A stretch of DNA of 64,000 nt from contig JAPSGB010000013.1 in assembly GCA_035063585.1 (NCBI GenBank), positions 32,001 to 96,000 of the forward strand, in the 5' to 3' direction. The stretch is from Polyangiaceae bacterium (lineage in GTDB: Bacteria > Myxococcota_A > Polyangia > Polyangiales > Polyangiaceae). Positions 33,733-43,164 of this stretch are shown piece after piece; the first letter of the stretch is position 1; each line of letters opens with the position of its first letter. A program made the translations under genes and the position numbers. The notes below the pieces were generated by a model. That model was not told where the DNA came from. It ran no database searches and saw only the letters and a program-made list of their open reading frames with translations.

Positions 33733-35499
33733 ATGGGTATCAAGGAACGCGCGCGGCTCGGGCTCCAGACGGCACGGTCGGTGGCCCTAGTGTTCTCCGA
33801 CGGCGACCGCTTCCTCCCATTTGGCCGCTGGACGGGGGCGCGACTCCTCGAGCGGAACGCCGACACGCGACCCTTCGGGGCCGCGTTGCTCTTCGAGGGA
33901 GAGCGCTACGGCTGGCGCGACGTCGACGAGCGCGCGAACCAGTGGGCGGCCTTCTTCGCGTCGGAGGGCATCGCCGGCGGCGACGTGGTCGCGCTCTTGA
34001 TGGATAACCGCCCCGACTTCGTGTTCGCGATGATGGGCATAAATAAGCTCGGCGCCATCTCCGCGTTCATCAACACCAACCTCGCCGGCAAGCCGCTCGC
34101 GCACGCGGTGAACATCGCCGGAGCACGCGTCGTCGTGGTCGGCTCGGAGCACCTCGGCGCGTTCGCCCCCATCGAAGACGCGCTCACGACGTCGCCCCGT
34201 GTGCTCGTGCACCACGACGGCGAGCACGACGCCCCCGGGCGTCGAGTGGTAAATGACGAGGTCAGGAAATGCGCGTGGTATCGGGTGGAGCGCGGCCGCC
34301 CACGGACGTCCGATCCCATGTGCTACATCTTTACGTCGGGCACGACCGGGTTACCGAAGCCCGCCGTGATCACCAACCAGCGCTATCAGATGGCGATGAC
34401 GGTGTTCTCCCGGGTCGCGCACGAGGCGACCCCGGACGACGTCATCTACGTCGCGCTGCCCCTCTACCACGCGAACGCCCAGTGGGCGGGCTGGGGGGCG
34501 TGCTTGCATAGCGGCGCGACCTTGGCGCTCCGGCGTCGCTTCAGCGCCACGCAGTTCTGGGATGACGTAAACCGCTTCGGCGCCACCCGCTTCGTCTACA
34601 TCGGCGAGCTCTGCCGCTACCTCCTGAACCAGCCGCCGCACCCGGGCGAGCGCACGCATCGCCTCGTGAGCGGGACGGGCAACGGGCTCCGCGCGGACGT
34701 CTGGAGCCGGTTCGTCGAGCGCTTCGGCGTGTCGCTCATCCGCGAGTTCTACGGCTCGACGGAGGGCAACGCCCCCATCTTCAACCTCGACGGTCGGCCG
34801 GGCATGGTCGGCGTGAAGCGCTTCGGTCAGGCGGTCATTCGCAGCAACCCCACGACGGGAGAACCGATCCGTGACGCTCGTGGTCGTTGCGTCGAGGTGG
34901 AGGCGGGCGAGACTGGGCTCTTCATCGGGCGCATCAACGCGGTGACCCGCTTCGACGGCTACGTGGATGCTCGCGAGACCCAGAAGAAGGTGCTCACGGA
35001 CGTCTTCAAGGCCGGAGACACCTGGTTCAACACCGGCGACCTCATGACCCTCCACGAGGACGGCTGGCTCAGCTTCGCCGACCGAGTCGGCGACACCTTC
35101 AGGTGGCGAGGAGAGAACGTCTCTACCAGCGAGGTGGCGGAGGTGCTGAACGGCGCGCCCGGCGTGCTCGAGAGCAACGTGTACGGCGTGCTGGTGCCCG
35201 GCCAAGAGGGCCGGGTCGGGATGGCGAGCGTCATCACGAGCGGCGACCTCGATCTCGAAGCCTTCGCCGGGTTCGTCGCGGGTGCGCTCCCTACCTATCA
35301 GCGCCCGGCCTTCCTCCGCTTGACGAGCCAAATGAAGACTACGGGGACCTTCAAGCACGTGAAGGGCGACTACCGCGAAGAGGGCTACGACCCAGCCAAG
35401 GTCGCCGACCCGCTCTATTATCTCGACGGGGATCGCTACGTCCCCATCGACGCCTCGCTCTACGCTCGCCTCGCGTCGGGGGACATCGGCCCTCGCTGA
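33733..35499 (+). CDS. Long-chain acyl-CoA synthetase (FATP/FadD6-like)
   Basis: YIFTSGTTGLPK, YIGELCRYL, FYGSTEGN and DRVGDTFRWRGENVST motifs. Confidence 0.92.
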   Translation: MGIKERARLGLQTARSVALVFSDGDRFLPFGRWTGARLLERNADTRPFGAALLFEGERYGWRDVDERANQWAAFFASEGIAGGDVVALLMDNRPDFVFAMMGINKLGAISAFINTNLAGKPLAHAVNIAGARVVVVGSEHLGAFAPIEDALTTSPRVLVHHDGEHDAPGRRVVNDEVRKCAWYRVERGRPRTSDPMCYIFTSGTTGLPKPAVITNQRYQMAMTVFSRVAHEATPDDVIYVALPLYHANAQWAGWGACLHSGATLALRRRFSATQFWDDVNRFGATRFVYIGELCRYLLNQPPHPGERTHRLVSGTGNGLRADVWSRFVERFGVSLIREFYGSTEGNAPIFNLDGRPGMVGVKRFGQAVIRSNPTTGEPIRDARGRCVEVEAGETGLFIGRINAVTRFDGYVDARETQKKVLTDVFKAGDTWFNTGDLMTLHEDGWLSFADRVGDTFRWRGENVSTSEVAEVLNGAPGVLESNVYGVLVPGQEGRVGMASVITSGDLDLEAFAGFVAGALPTYQRPAFLRLTSQMKTTGTFKHVKGDYREEGYDPAKVADPLYYLDGDRYVPIDASLYARLASGDIGPR

Positions 35500-35550
35500 G
35501 GCTCCCCTCCCCTGGCGCGTCGAGGGTGCGGGAGTTACGTTGCTTGGTCG

Positions 35551-36402
35551 ATGCTCTCCGAGACAGACACGGTCGTCCGCGCGATGACCGATGACGGCGC
35601 GTTTCGCGTCATCACGGCCCACACGAGCCGGACGGCCCGCGGTGCCATCGAGTCGCAGCACGGCCGCGAACCGACCGCGCGGCACTTCGCCGATTTGCTC
35701 ACCGCATCCGTGCTCTTCCGCGAGACGATGGCGCCCAGCCTCCGCGTCCAGGGCATCGTCAAGCACGCCGGCAGCAGCCTGGTCGCCGACTCGCACCCCT
35801 CGGGCATGACGCGCGGGCTCATCCAACTCGCCCAGGGCGAGGACCGCTTCGAGCTGGGCGACGCCACCGTGCTCCAGCTCATGCGGACCATGCCGAGCGG
35901 CCGCATCAACCAAGGGTTCGTGCAAGTCGGCGCCGAGGGCGGCATCTCGCACGCCTTCATGGAATACATGCAGGTCTCGGAGCAAGTCGACACCATGCTC
36001 GCGGTCGATAGCGTCTTCGAAGACGGCACCCTCGTCCGCGCGGGAGGATACCTGGTGCAGCTCCTGCCGGAGGTCGGCCGCGGCCCGCTCATGGTCATGA
36101 CCGAGCGCCTGCGCGAGTTCGAGAACATCACCACGCAGCTCCGCGACGCGAGCTTCTCCCCGGACTGGCTCCTCGAGCAGCTCCTCTACGGCATGCCCTT
36201 CACGCGCCTCGAGGAGAGCGCCATCGGCTTCGACTGCTGGTGCGACGAGCTCCGGGTGATGAGCGCACTCGCCTCGCTCGGACGCGCGACGCTCGAGGAG
36301 CTCATCTCCGACGGCGAGCTCTTACAGATGAGCTGCGACTACTGCGGCACCGAGTATCGAATCCCGCCGGGCAAGCTCCGCGGGCTCCTCGCGCCGAGCT
36401 GA
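35551..36402 (+). CDS. hslO: Hsp33 redox-regulated chaperone
   Basis: YMQVSEQ, AGGYLVQLLP and C-terminal CWC...CDYC Zn switch. Confidence 0.9.
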   Translation: MLSETDTVVRAMTDDGAFRVITAHTSRTARGAIESQHGREPTARHFADLLTASVLFRETMAPSLRVQGIVKHAGSSLVADSHPSGMTRGLIQLAQGEDRFELGDATVLQLMRTMPSGRINQGFVQVGAEGGISHAFMEYMQVSEQVDTMLAVDSVFEDGTLVRAGGYLVQLLPEVGRGPLMVMTERLREFENITTQLRDASFSPDWLLEQLLYGMPFTRLEESAIGFDCWCDELRVMSALASLGRATLEELISDGELLQMSCDYCGTEYRIPPGKLRGLLAPS

Positions 36403-36409
36403 GCCGCCG

Positions 36410-38137
36410 GTGCCGAGGCCCAGCGGTTCGCTCGCGCTCGCCGCGCTCCTCGCGAGCGCGAGCGCCTGCACGCCGCCGGCTCCCGCGACGCGCCGACCGG
36501 CTCGAGCGCTCGAGCCCGCCGAGGCCGCGCCGAGGCCGGTCGTCCTCACCATCGTCGGCACCAACGATTTTCACGGCCGCCTCAGGCGCGCTCCGCTGCT
36601 CGGCGGCTACCTCAGGGCCCTCCGCGCGGAGCGCGCGCGCGACGGCGCCGTCCTCCTGGTCGACGCCGGAGATCTCCTGCAAGGCACCCTAGCCTCGAAC
36701 CTGAGCGAGGGCGCGAGCGTCATCGCCGCCTTCGACGCGCTCGGCTACCAGGCCGTCGCGCTCGGCAACCACGACTTCGACTTCGGCCCGCTCGGGCCGC
36801 CGCCGTCCGCGCCGGGCGCCGCTCCGAGGAGCGCGCTCGCCGCGCGCATCGCCGAGGCCAAGTTCCCCTTCCTCGCCGCGAACCTCACTGGCGCGCCACC
36901 CGGGGTCCAGGCCTCCTGCCTGGTCGTCGCGGCCGGCGTCCGGGTCGGCCTCACCGGCGGGCTCACCCGCGACACGCCGAGCATCGTCCAGCCCGAGTAC
37001 TTCGCCGGGCTCGAGGTCACGCCGCTCGCGGCCGCGATCGAGCGCGAGGGGCGGATGCTCCGCGCCGTCGGCGCGGAGCTGGTCGTCGCGCTCGCGCACG
37101 CCGGAGGTGAGTGCGCGCGCGTCGATGACCCTCGCGATCTCTCGAGCTGCGCCGCGGACGCCGAGGTGTTCGAGCTCGCTCGGTCGCTACCGCCTGGGCT
37201 CGTCGACGTCATCGTGGCAGGTCACACCCATGCGGACGTCGCCCACTTCGTCAGCGGTATCGCGATCGTAGAGAGCGGCTCCTACGCGCGCGCCTTCTCG
37301 CGGGTCGATCTGACGCTCACCGGAGGTCGGCTCGAAGACGTCCGGATCTTCCCGCCGCAGCAGCTCTGCCCGGACCCGGAGGCGCCGACCTGCGACGCCC
37401 CGAGCTACCACGGCGTCACCATCACGCCCGATCCCGCGGTCGCGCGGAGCATCGCCCCGGCGCTCGCCGCCCAGGAGGCGCGCCGCGCCGAGCCCGTCGG
37501 CGCGCGGGCGCTCGCTCCGGTCACCGGCGATCGCCGGCGAGAGAGCGCGCTCGGCAACCTGTTCGCAGATCTGGTGCGTGCCGCCGCGCCCGGCGCGGAC
37601 GCCGCCCTGATGAACGGCGGTGCGCTCCGCGCCTCGCTCCCGGCCGGCGAGCTCACCTACGGCGCATTCTACGACGCGATGCCCTTCGAGGACGTGCTCA
37701 CCACCGTGCGACTCAGAGGCGCCACGCTTCGCGCGATCATCGCTCGGAACGTGACTGACGACGCCCACGGGATCCTCAGCCTGTCGGGAGTCCGCGCCAG
37801 CGCGCGCTGCGAGGGGCGCGAGCTACGCATCGAGCTCCGCCGCGCGAACGGCGCGCTGGTCAGGGACAGCGACGAGCTGGTGGTCGCGGTGAGCGACTAC
37901 CTGGCGACCGGGGGCGACGCCCTCTTCACCGGGCTCGAGCCGCTCGAGATGACGAGGACCGACGAGCCGCTCCGCGAGGCGATGCTCCGCGTGCTCGCGG
38001 CGCACCGCCGCCCCGTCGCTCCGGGCGAGCTCCTCGACGCCGAGCGCCCGCGCCTCCGCCTCGCTGCGCCGCGTCCGCTGCGCTGTGCTGCGCCCCCGGG
38101 CGACGGTCCGCGCGATTCCGCGCCGGGCCGGCAATAA
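36410..38137 (+). CDS. Bifunctional metallophosphatase/5'-nucleotidase lipoprotein
   Basis: Lipobox ASAC. TNDFHG, DAGD, GNHDFD, GHTH, NGGALR and DYLATGGD. Confidence 0.92.
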   Translation: MPRPSGSLALAALLASASACTPPAPATRRPARALEPAEAAPRPVVLTIVGTNDFHGRLRRAPLLGGYLRALRAERARDGAVLLVDAGDLLQGTLASNLSEGASVIAAFDALGYQAVALGNHDFDFGPLGPPPSAPGAAPRSALAARIAEAKFPFLAANLTGAPPGVQASCLVVAAGVRVGLTGGLTRDTPSIVQPEYFAGLEVTPLAAAIEREGRMLRAVGAELVVALAHAGGECARVDDPRDLSSCAADAEVFELARSLPPGLVDVIVAGHTHADVAHFVSGIAIVESGSYARAFSRVDLTLTGGRLEDVRIFPPQQLCPDPEAPTCDAPSYHGVTITPDPAVARSIAPALAAQEARRAEPVGARALAPVTGDRRRESALGNLFADLVRAAAPGADAALMNGGALRASLPAGELTYGAFYDAMPFEDVLTTVRLRGATLRAIIARNVTDDAHGILSLSGVRASARCEGRELRIELRRANGALVRDSDELVVAVSDYLATGGDALFTGLEPLEMTRTDEPLREAMLRVLAAHRRPVAPGELLDAERPRLRLAAPRPLRCAAPPGDGPRDSAPGRQ

Positions 38138-38187
38138 TAAACACTTTACTATACTATTCGAGAACGCTCGAGCGCCCTCCCGGCTCG

Positions 38188-40407
38188 CTACGGAGCGCAG
38201 CGCACGCCGACCTGAACGTTGTCGAAGAGCGCGGTATAATCGCTGCTGCAGAGGCCGGTGCACCCTGACTGGAAGTAGGGGCCGCTGAAGCCGAGCGCTT
38301 CGTTCACGTAGGTCGAGTCGGTGGCGGTGCCGGTGTAGGAGAAGCTGCCGGTCGAGGGCTCGGCGAAGCTCGAGCTGCCGTCGCTGCGCGCCTCGAGCTG
38401 CCACCGATGGGTGGGCGCGTCATAGGTCACGCGAACGCTGAAGTAGTTCGACACCGAGGAGAAGTTGCTCGAGGCGATGAGGTCGGTGAGGGTCCCGTTG
38501 CGGAGGCCGCCCGAGAAGCGGACCAGGCGGAGCTTTCGGCTGCCACCGAGCACGACCGCGTAGCCCTTGCCGGACGCCGAGCTCGAGCAGGTGCCGGCGT
38601 TCGCGTTCAGGCCGGCGGCCGAGTCGGTGGCGAGCACATAGGCGAGCCCGACCGTGATGCCGTTCTGACTGGACGGGCTCGAGCACGCGAAGCCGCCGCT
38701 GGTGCTCTCCGGATCGTCGCGACGCATGTTGAAGCTCCACACCACCGATTTTCCGGAGTTCGCGCCGAGGGTCGCGTCGTAGAGCGCGTTGTCGTAGGCG
38801 GAAGTCACGCCGCTGGTCGGGACGTAGGCGTAGCCCTGGCCGTGCTTGTGAATGCTGCCCGCGTAGTTCGAGATTGCGAGGCGACCACCGGAGATCCTGA
38901 CCCCGTGACTATTGACGGCGTAAGCGCGCCAGCGACTCGTCGAGACCTGCACGTCCTCGCCCGTGGTCCAAGAGGACACGTTCGGGGTCGCGAAGTCATC
39001 CCGAAAGACGGAGGTCAGCGAGCTCGGGCACGGCGGCCGACAGGTGCCGGTGGTGGTGTCGCACACGTCGCCGGAGCTGCAGTCGCTGGTCGACAGACAG
39101 GCGACGCACAGGCTCGCGGCACCTTGCGCCTTGCAATGCGGCGTCGCGCCACCGCACGGCGCGCAGGCCGCGCCGCACCGCGAGTCGCTCTCGCACGCGA
39201 CGCAGCTCGAGCCGTCGCAGCGCGTCCCCGCGCTGCACGGCGCGCAGCTCGCGCCGCAATGCGCGTCGTCGGTGCAGGCGACGCACACGTTGCTGCTGCA
39301 GTACTTGCCGGCGCTGCAGAGCCCGGTGCCCGTGCACTCGACGCACTGCCCGCCGCTACATACCTTGCTCGAGGCCGCGCAGTCGGCGCAGGTCGCGCCG
39401 CAGTGCGAAGAGCTGTCGCACGGCGCACAGGCGCCCCCCTGGCAGAACTTGCCGGCGCCGCAGTTCGCGTCCGTCTGGCAATCCCGGCACACGCCGTTCA
39501 CGCAGCCGTACGGGCACGTCGTGAGCGTCTCCGGATACGAGCAAGTCCCTCCGGTGCAGGTGCCGGTGCTCGGGTAGGTCCGAGCGGTGTTGCCATCCTT
39601 GCAGTTTGCCGCGGGCGGAGACGTGCAGGTCTTACCGGCGCACGGATCGCCCGTGCACCCGGTCCCGGAGCAGCCGAACGCGCAATACACGTCGTGGGTG
39701 CTGGGATAGCTGCACTGTCCGCTCGCGTTGCAGGTGCCGGGCACGTCATAGACGGTGAGGTAATCGGCGTTCTTGCAGTAGCTCGACGACGGGGTGTTGC
39801 AGCTCACCCCAGCGCACGGATCACCCAGGCAGACGTCGTTTTGACAACCGAACGGGCAGAAGGCAGGCACCTTGTCGTAGGTGCACTTCCCGGCAGCGTC
39901 ACATACCCCGGTCGACTGATAGATCGAGAGATGCGTCGCGTCCGCGCAGGTGTTCTTGGGCGGCGTCACGCAGGTGACCCCGATGCACGGATCGCCCGTG
40001 CAAGCCCCATTCGCGCAGCCGTTCGGGCAGGGTGTGGTGGCGCTCGAGTAGCTACAGGTTCCGGTCGCGCCGCAGGTGCCCACGGCCTCGTAGACCACGA
40101 GGTCCCCCCCCGCGCAGGTCGAGGCTGGAGGTGCGTTGCAGGTCACGCCGGCGCAGGGGTTGCCCGCGCTCCCGGCCGAGCCGGCTGCGCCGCCGGGGCC
40201 GGGTGAGCCGGCGATCCCCGCGGCGCCGGCACCCGGCGAGCCGGCCGCCGCGCCCGCGCCCCCATCGGTGCCGCCGGTCCCGGCAACGCCGCCCGTCGAC
40301 GGGCCGGGGGAGCCGGTACTCACCTGCGACCCCTCGGCGCACGCCGCGAGCGTGAAGATCGCGGCCGCAAGCACGCTCCGCTGCCAGCCCGACCATTTTC
40401 GGCTCAT
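38188..40407 (-). CDS. Cys-rich repeat surface lipoprotein with C-terminal beta-sandwich-like domain
   Basis: Lipobox LAAC, Gly/Ala linker, four ~57-aa 8-Cys repeats, further short Cys repeats, and a Ser/Thr/aromatic-rich C-terminal domain. Confidence 0.8.
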   Translation of the reverse strand: MSRKWSGWQRSVLAAAIFTLAACAEGSQVSTGSPGPSTGGVAGTGGTDGGAGAAAGSPGAGAAGIAGSPGPGGAAGSAGSAGNPCAGVTCNAPPASTCAGGDLVVYEAVGTCGATGTCSYSSATTPCPNGCANGACTGDPCIGVTCVTPPKNTCADATHLSIYQSTGVCDAAGKCTYDKVPAFCPFGCQNDVCLGDPCAGVSCNTPSSSYCKNADYLTVYDVPGTCNASGQCSYPSTHDVYCAFGCSGTGCTGDPCAGKTCTSPPAANCKDGNTARTYPSTGTCTGGTCSYPETLTTCPYGCVNGVCRDCQTDANCGAGKFCQGGACAPCDSSSHCGATCADCAASSKVCSGGQCVECTGTGLCSAGKYCSSNVCVACTDDAHCGASCAPCSAGTRCDGSSCVACESDSRCGAACAPCGGATPHCKAQGAASLCVACLSTSDCSSGDVCDTTTGTCRPPCPSSLTSVFRDDFATPNVSSWTTGEDVQVSTSRWRAYAVNSHGVRISGGRLAISNYAGSIHKHGQGYAYVPTSGVTSAYDNALYDATLGANSGKSVVWSFNMRRDDPESTSGGFACSSPSSQNGITVGLAYVLATDSAAGLNANAGTCSSSASGKGYAVVLGGSRKLRLVRFSGGLRNGTLTDLIASSNFSSVSNYFSVRVTYDAPTHRWQLEARSDGSSSFAEPSTGSFSYTGTATDSTYVNEALGFSGPYFQSGCTGLCSSDYTALFDNVQVGVRCAP

Positions 40408-40462
40408 CGGCCGCACGTTAGCAGAGAAGTCGGCGCCCGGTTACGGGCAACCCGCGTGCGCG

Positions 40463-42244
40463 CTACTCGCCGCCCGGCGACGCGTCCGCGCGCTTCGCGC
40501 GGAGCGTCACCAGCCGCTCGTCCTGCAGGGTGCGAGCTTGGTCGGGATCGACGTAGTCCGAGTGGCAGTCGGCCTTCACGCCGGCGGTCGCGCCGACCAG
40601 CGCGCGCGTCTTGGTCGCCAACCGGTGAAGCTCCTCGGGCGGCAGGTTGCCGCGCTTCTCGAGGAGCTCGCGCTGCTCGGCGGTGAGCGCCGCTGATTGC
40701 GCCACTCGCGCGCGCTCGTAGCCTTCCGCCTTCCCGCTCCCGAACTCGGTGATCTCCTTGCTGATACGCACGCTGCACCAGTCGTGCCCGCACATCGCGC
40801 AGAAGTCGGTGTCTACGTCGAGATCTTCGTCGTGGAACGCGCGCGCGAGCTCCGAGTCGAAGGCGAGCTCGAAGTGCTTCTCCCAGTTCAAGGCGGCGCG
40901 CGCCTTGGTGAGTTCGTCGTCCCAGTCGCGCGCGCCCGGGATGCCGAGCGCCACGTCGGCCGCGTGCGCGGCGATCTTGTAGGCGACCATACCCTGCTTC
41001 ACATCGTCCTTCTTCGGCAGACCGACGTGCTCCTTCGGTGTCACGTAGCAGAGCATCGCTGCGCCGTGGTACGCCGCGCTGGTCGCGCCGATCGCGCTCG
41101 TGATGTGGTCGTAACCAGGGAAGACGTCGGTCACCAGCGGGCCGAGCACGTAGAACGGCGCGCCATGGCAGAGCGCGCGTTCGAGCTTCATGTTGTACTC
41201 GATTTGATCGAAGGGGACGTGCCCGGGCCCCTCCACCATCACCTGGCAGCCCTTCTTCCACGCGCGCTCGGTGAGCTCGGCGAGCACGCTGAGCTCGGCG
41301 AGCTGCGCCGCGTCGGTCGCGTCGGCGAGCCCGCCCGGACGGAGGCCGTCGCCGAGCGAGAAGGAGACGTCATACTCGCGCATGATGTCGCAGATCTCGT
41401 CGAAGTGCGCGTACATCGGGTTCTCGGCGCGGTGCACCAGCATCCATTTCGCGAGCAAGGAGCCGCCACGGCTGACGATGCCGATCAGGCGCTCTTTCAC
41501 CAGCGGCAGGTGCGCGCGGCGCACTCCCGCGTGGATGGTGAAGTAGTCGACCCCCTGTCTTGCCTGCGCGAGCAGGGCCTCCATGATGACCTTCTCGGTG
41601 AGCTCCTCGATCTTGCGGCCGATGATCATCGAGTAGATGGGCACCGTGCCGATGGGCACGGTCGAGGCGCGAATGATGGCGTCACGACAGGCGACCAGAT
41701 CGCCTCCCGTCGAGAGATCCATCACGGTGTCCGCGCCCCAGCGCACGGCCCAGCGCAGCTTGTCCACCTCCTCATCCATGTTCGAGCTCACAGGCGAGGC
41801 GCCGAGGTTCGCGTTCACCTTGGTGAGCCCTGCGCGGCCAATGCAGGTCGGCGCGAGCGAGTAGCCGAGGTGCACGCGGTTGGCCGGGATGATCATGCGT
41901 CCGGCGGCGACTTCATCCCTCACCTGCTCCGCCGACAGATGACGCTCGCGCTCCGCGACGCGCCGCATCTCCGGAGTGATCGCTCCGAGCCGAGCGTGCT
42001 CGAGCTGGGTCGCCGGCGCGAACCCCTCGGGCGCCAGCCAGCGCGCGCCGTCGTGACGCCAGCCAGGCGGCATGAAGTCCCACGCCGTCTGGTCGCTCGG
42101 CGGCGGCATCCCGGGGGCGTCAGGCGACGAGAAGGCGAGCGGTCCGCCGAGATCTGCTCGATTCGCGAAGGAGCCCGGCGTGGTGCCTTGCGCGCGCGAC
42201 GACGGGTTGTGAGCGCCGCGGTGCGGCAAGGGATATTGGCTCAT
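40463..42244 (-). CDS. thiC: Phosphomethylpyrimidine synthase
   Basis: [43 protein letters not shown] and CAMCGHDWC. Downstream of a TPP riboswitch. Confidence 0.97.
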   Translation of the reverse strand: MSQYPLPHRGAHNPSSRAQGTTPGSFANRADLGGPLAFSSPDAPGMPPPSDQTAWDFMPPGWRHDGARWLAPEGFAPATQLEHARLGAITPEMRRVAERERHLSAEQVRDEVAAGRMIIPANRVHLGYSLAPTCIGRAGLTKVNANLGASPVSSNMDEEVDKLRWAVRWGADTVMDLSTGGDLVACRDAIIRASTVPIGTVPIYSMIIGRKIEELTEKVIMEALLAQARQGVDYFTIHAGVRRAHLPLVKERLIGIVSRGGSLLAKWMLVHRAENPMYAHFDEICDIMREYDVSFSLGDGLRPGGLADATDAAQLAELSVLAELTERAWKKGCQVMVEGPGHVPFDQIEYNMKLERALCHGAPFYVLGPLVTDVFPGYDHITSAIGATSAAYHGAAMLCYVTPKEHVGLPKKDDVKQGMVAYKIAAHAADVALGIPGARDWDDELTKARAALNWEKHFELAFDSELARAFHDEDLDVDTDFCAMCGHDWCSVRISKEITEFGSGKAEGYERARVAQSAALTAEQRELLEKRGNLPPEELHRLATKTRALVGATAGVKADCHSDYVDPDQARTLQDERLVTLRAKRADASPGGE

Positions 42245-42291
42245 GTTCCTCGACTCCTCATCTTGGCGAGGGGAAGGAACGCCGGCCCGGC

Positions 42292-42370
42292 GTCGCTTCC
42301 CTACGCCGGTACGAACCGGATCAGGTTCCGCGGGTGCTTCTCAGCGGCCATGGGCCGCGCCCCGAGCGAC
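42292..42370 (-). ncRNA. TPP riboswitch (THI element)
   Basis: Minus strand reads gtcgctcGGGG...GCTGAGA..ACCCGCGGAACCTGATCCGGTTCGTACCGGCGTAGGGAagcgac. P1 gtcgct/agcgac. About 47 nt upstream of thiC. Confidence 0.95.
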
Positions 42371-42446
42371 GGACGGACCCTAGCCGGAAAATGAGCCGCG
42401 AGGAAGCCCGCGCGAGGCTCGAACGGCGGGACCGCGGCGGGCGACT

Positions 42447-42474
42447 CGAGTCAGCCCGAGTCAGCGCGAGTCAG
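42447..42474 (+). promoter_or_regulatory. Three CGAGTCAG direct repeats at 10-bp period (putative regulator site)
   Basis: Copies at 42447, 42457 and 42467, upstream of CDS 42536. Confidence 0.55.
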
Positions 42475-42535
42475 GGCGCGTTTCCGGCGCCCGCCCGTAG
42501 CACTGGTCGATGGGTCGAAGGTCGGCCCGCGGAGG

Positions 42536-43105
42536 ATGACGATGATGAACTCGCTTTCAAAGAACTTGGTGGCACTGACGGCGGCTCTGGTCATGGCGCT
42601 CCCGGCGTGCGGAGGGAGCGACGGCGGAGGGAGCACCCCGGGGGGTCAGGGCGGCGCGGCCGGCGGCGGGCAAGGCGGCACGTCGGGCGGAAGCTCGAGC
42701 CATGGGCCGTCGTGCGAGAGCCTCTGCGCGACGCTCGCCGCGTGCGGCGTGCCGGACGGCGAGTGCCAGGCGAGCTGCCCATCGATGAGCGGCGCCTGCC
42801 GGAGTTGCCTGTCGTCACACGGCTGCGACTCCTCCGCCTGCGACGCGACCTGCCAGGGCGGCAGCGGTGGAAGCGGCGGCGGAGGGAACACGGGCGGCGA
42901 GGGCGGAGGCTCGAGCCAGAGCGATCTCGGCAAGGACTGTACGGTCGGCGGGTTCAGCTCGGAATGCGCGCAAGGCGAGTCCTGCAAGAGCAACCGGGGG
43001 GGACTCACGGGTATTTGCACCATCCAATGCACCGAGTGGAGCGACTGCCCTTCGTTTTGGGACTGCACCCAGGTCGGGCCCGGGAAATTCTGCTTTCCAC
43101 AGTGA
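42536..43105 (+). CDS. Small Cys/Gly-rich lipoprotein
   Basis: Lipobox LPAC. Two Cys clusters separated by Gly/Ser linkers. Start could be 42536, 42542 or 42545. Confidence 0.75.
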   Translation: MTMMNSLSKNLVALTAALVMALPACGGSDGGGSTPGGQGGAAGGGQGGTSGGSSSHGPSCESLCATLAACGVPDGECQASCPSMSGACRSCLSSHGCDSSACDATCQGGSGGSGGGGNTGGEGGGSSQSDLGKDCTVGGFSSECAQGESCKSNRGGLTGICTIQCTEWSDCPSFWDCTQVGPGKFCFPQ

Positions 43106-43164
43106 TTTCATAGACAACCATCAATCACCCGAGAGCCGCCCGGCGAAATGTTAGGAAGCATCGA

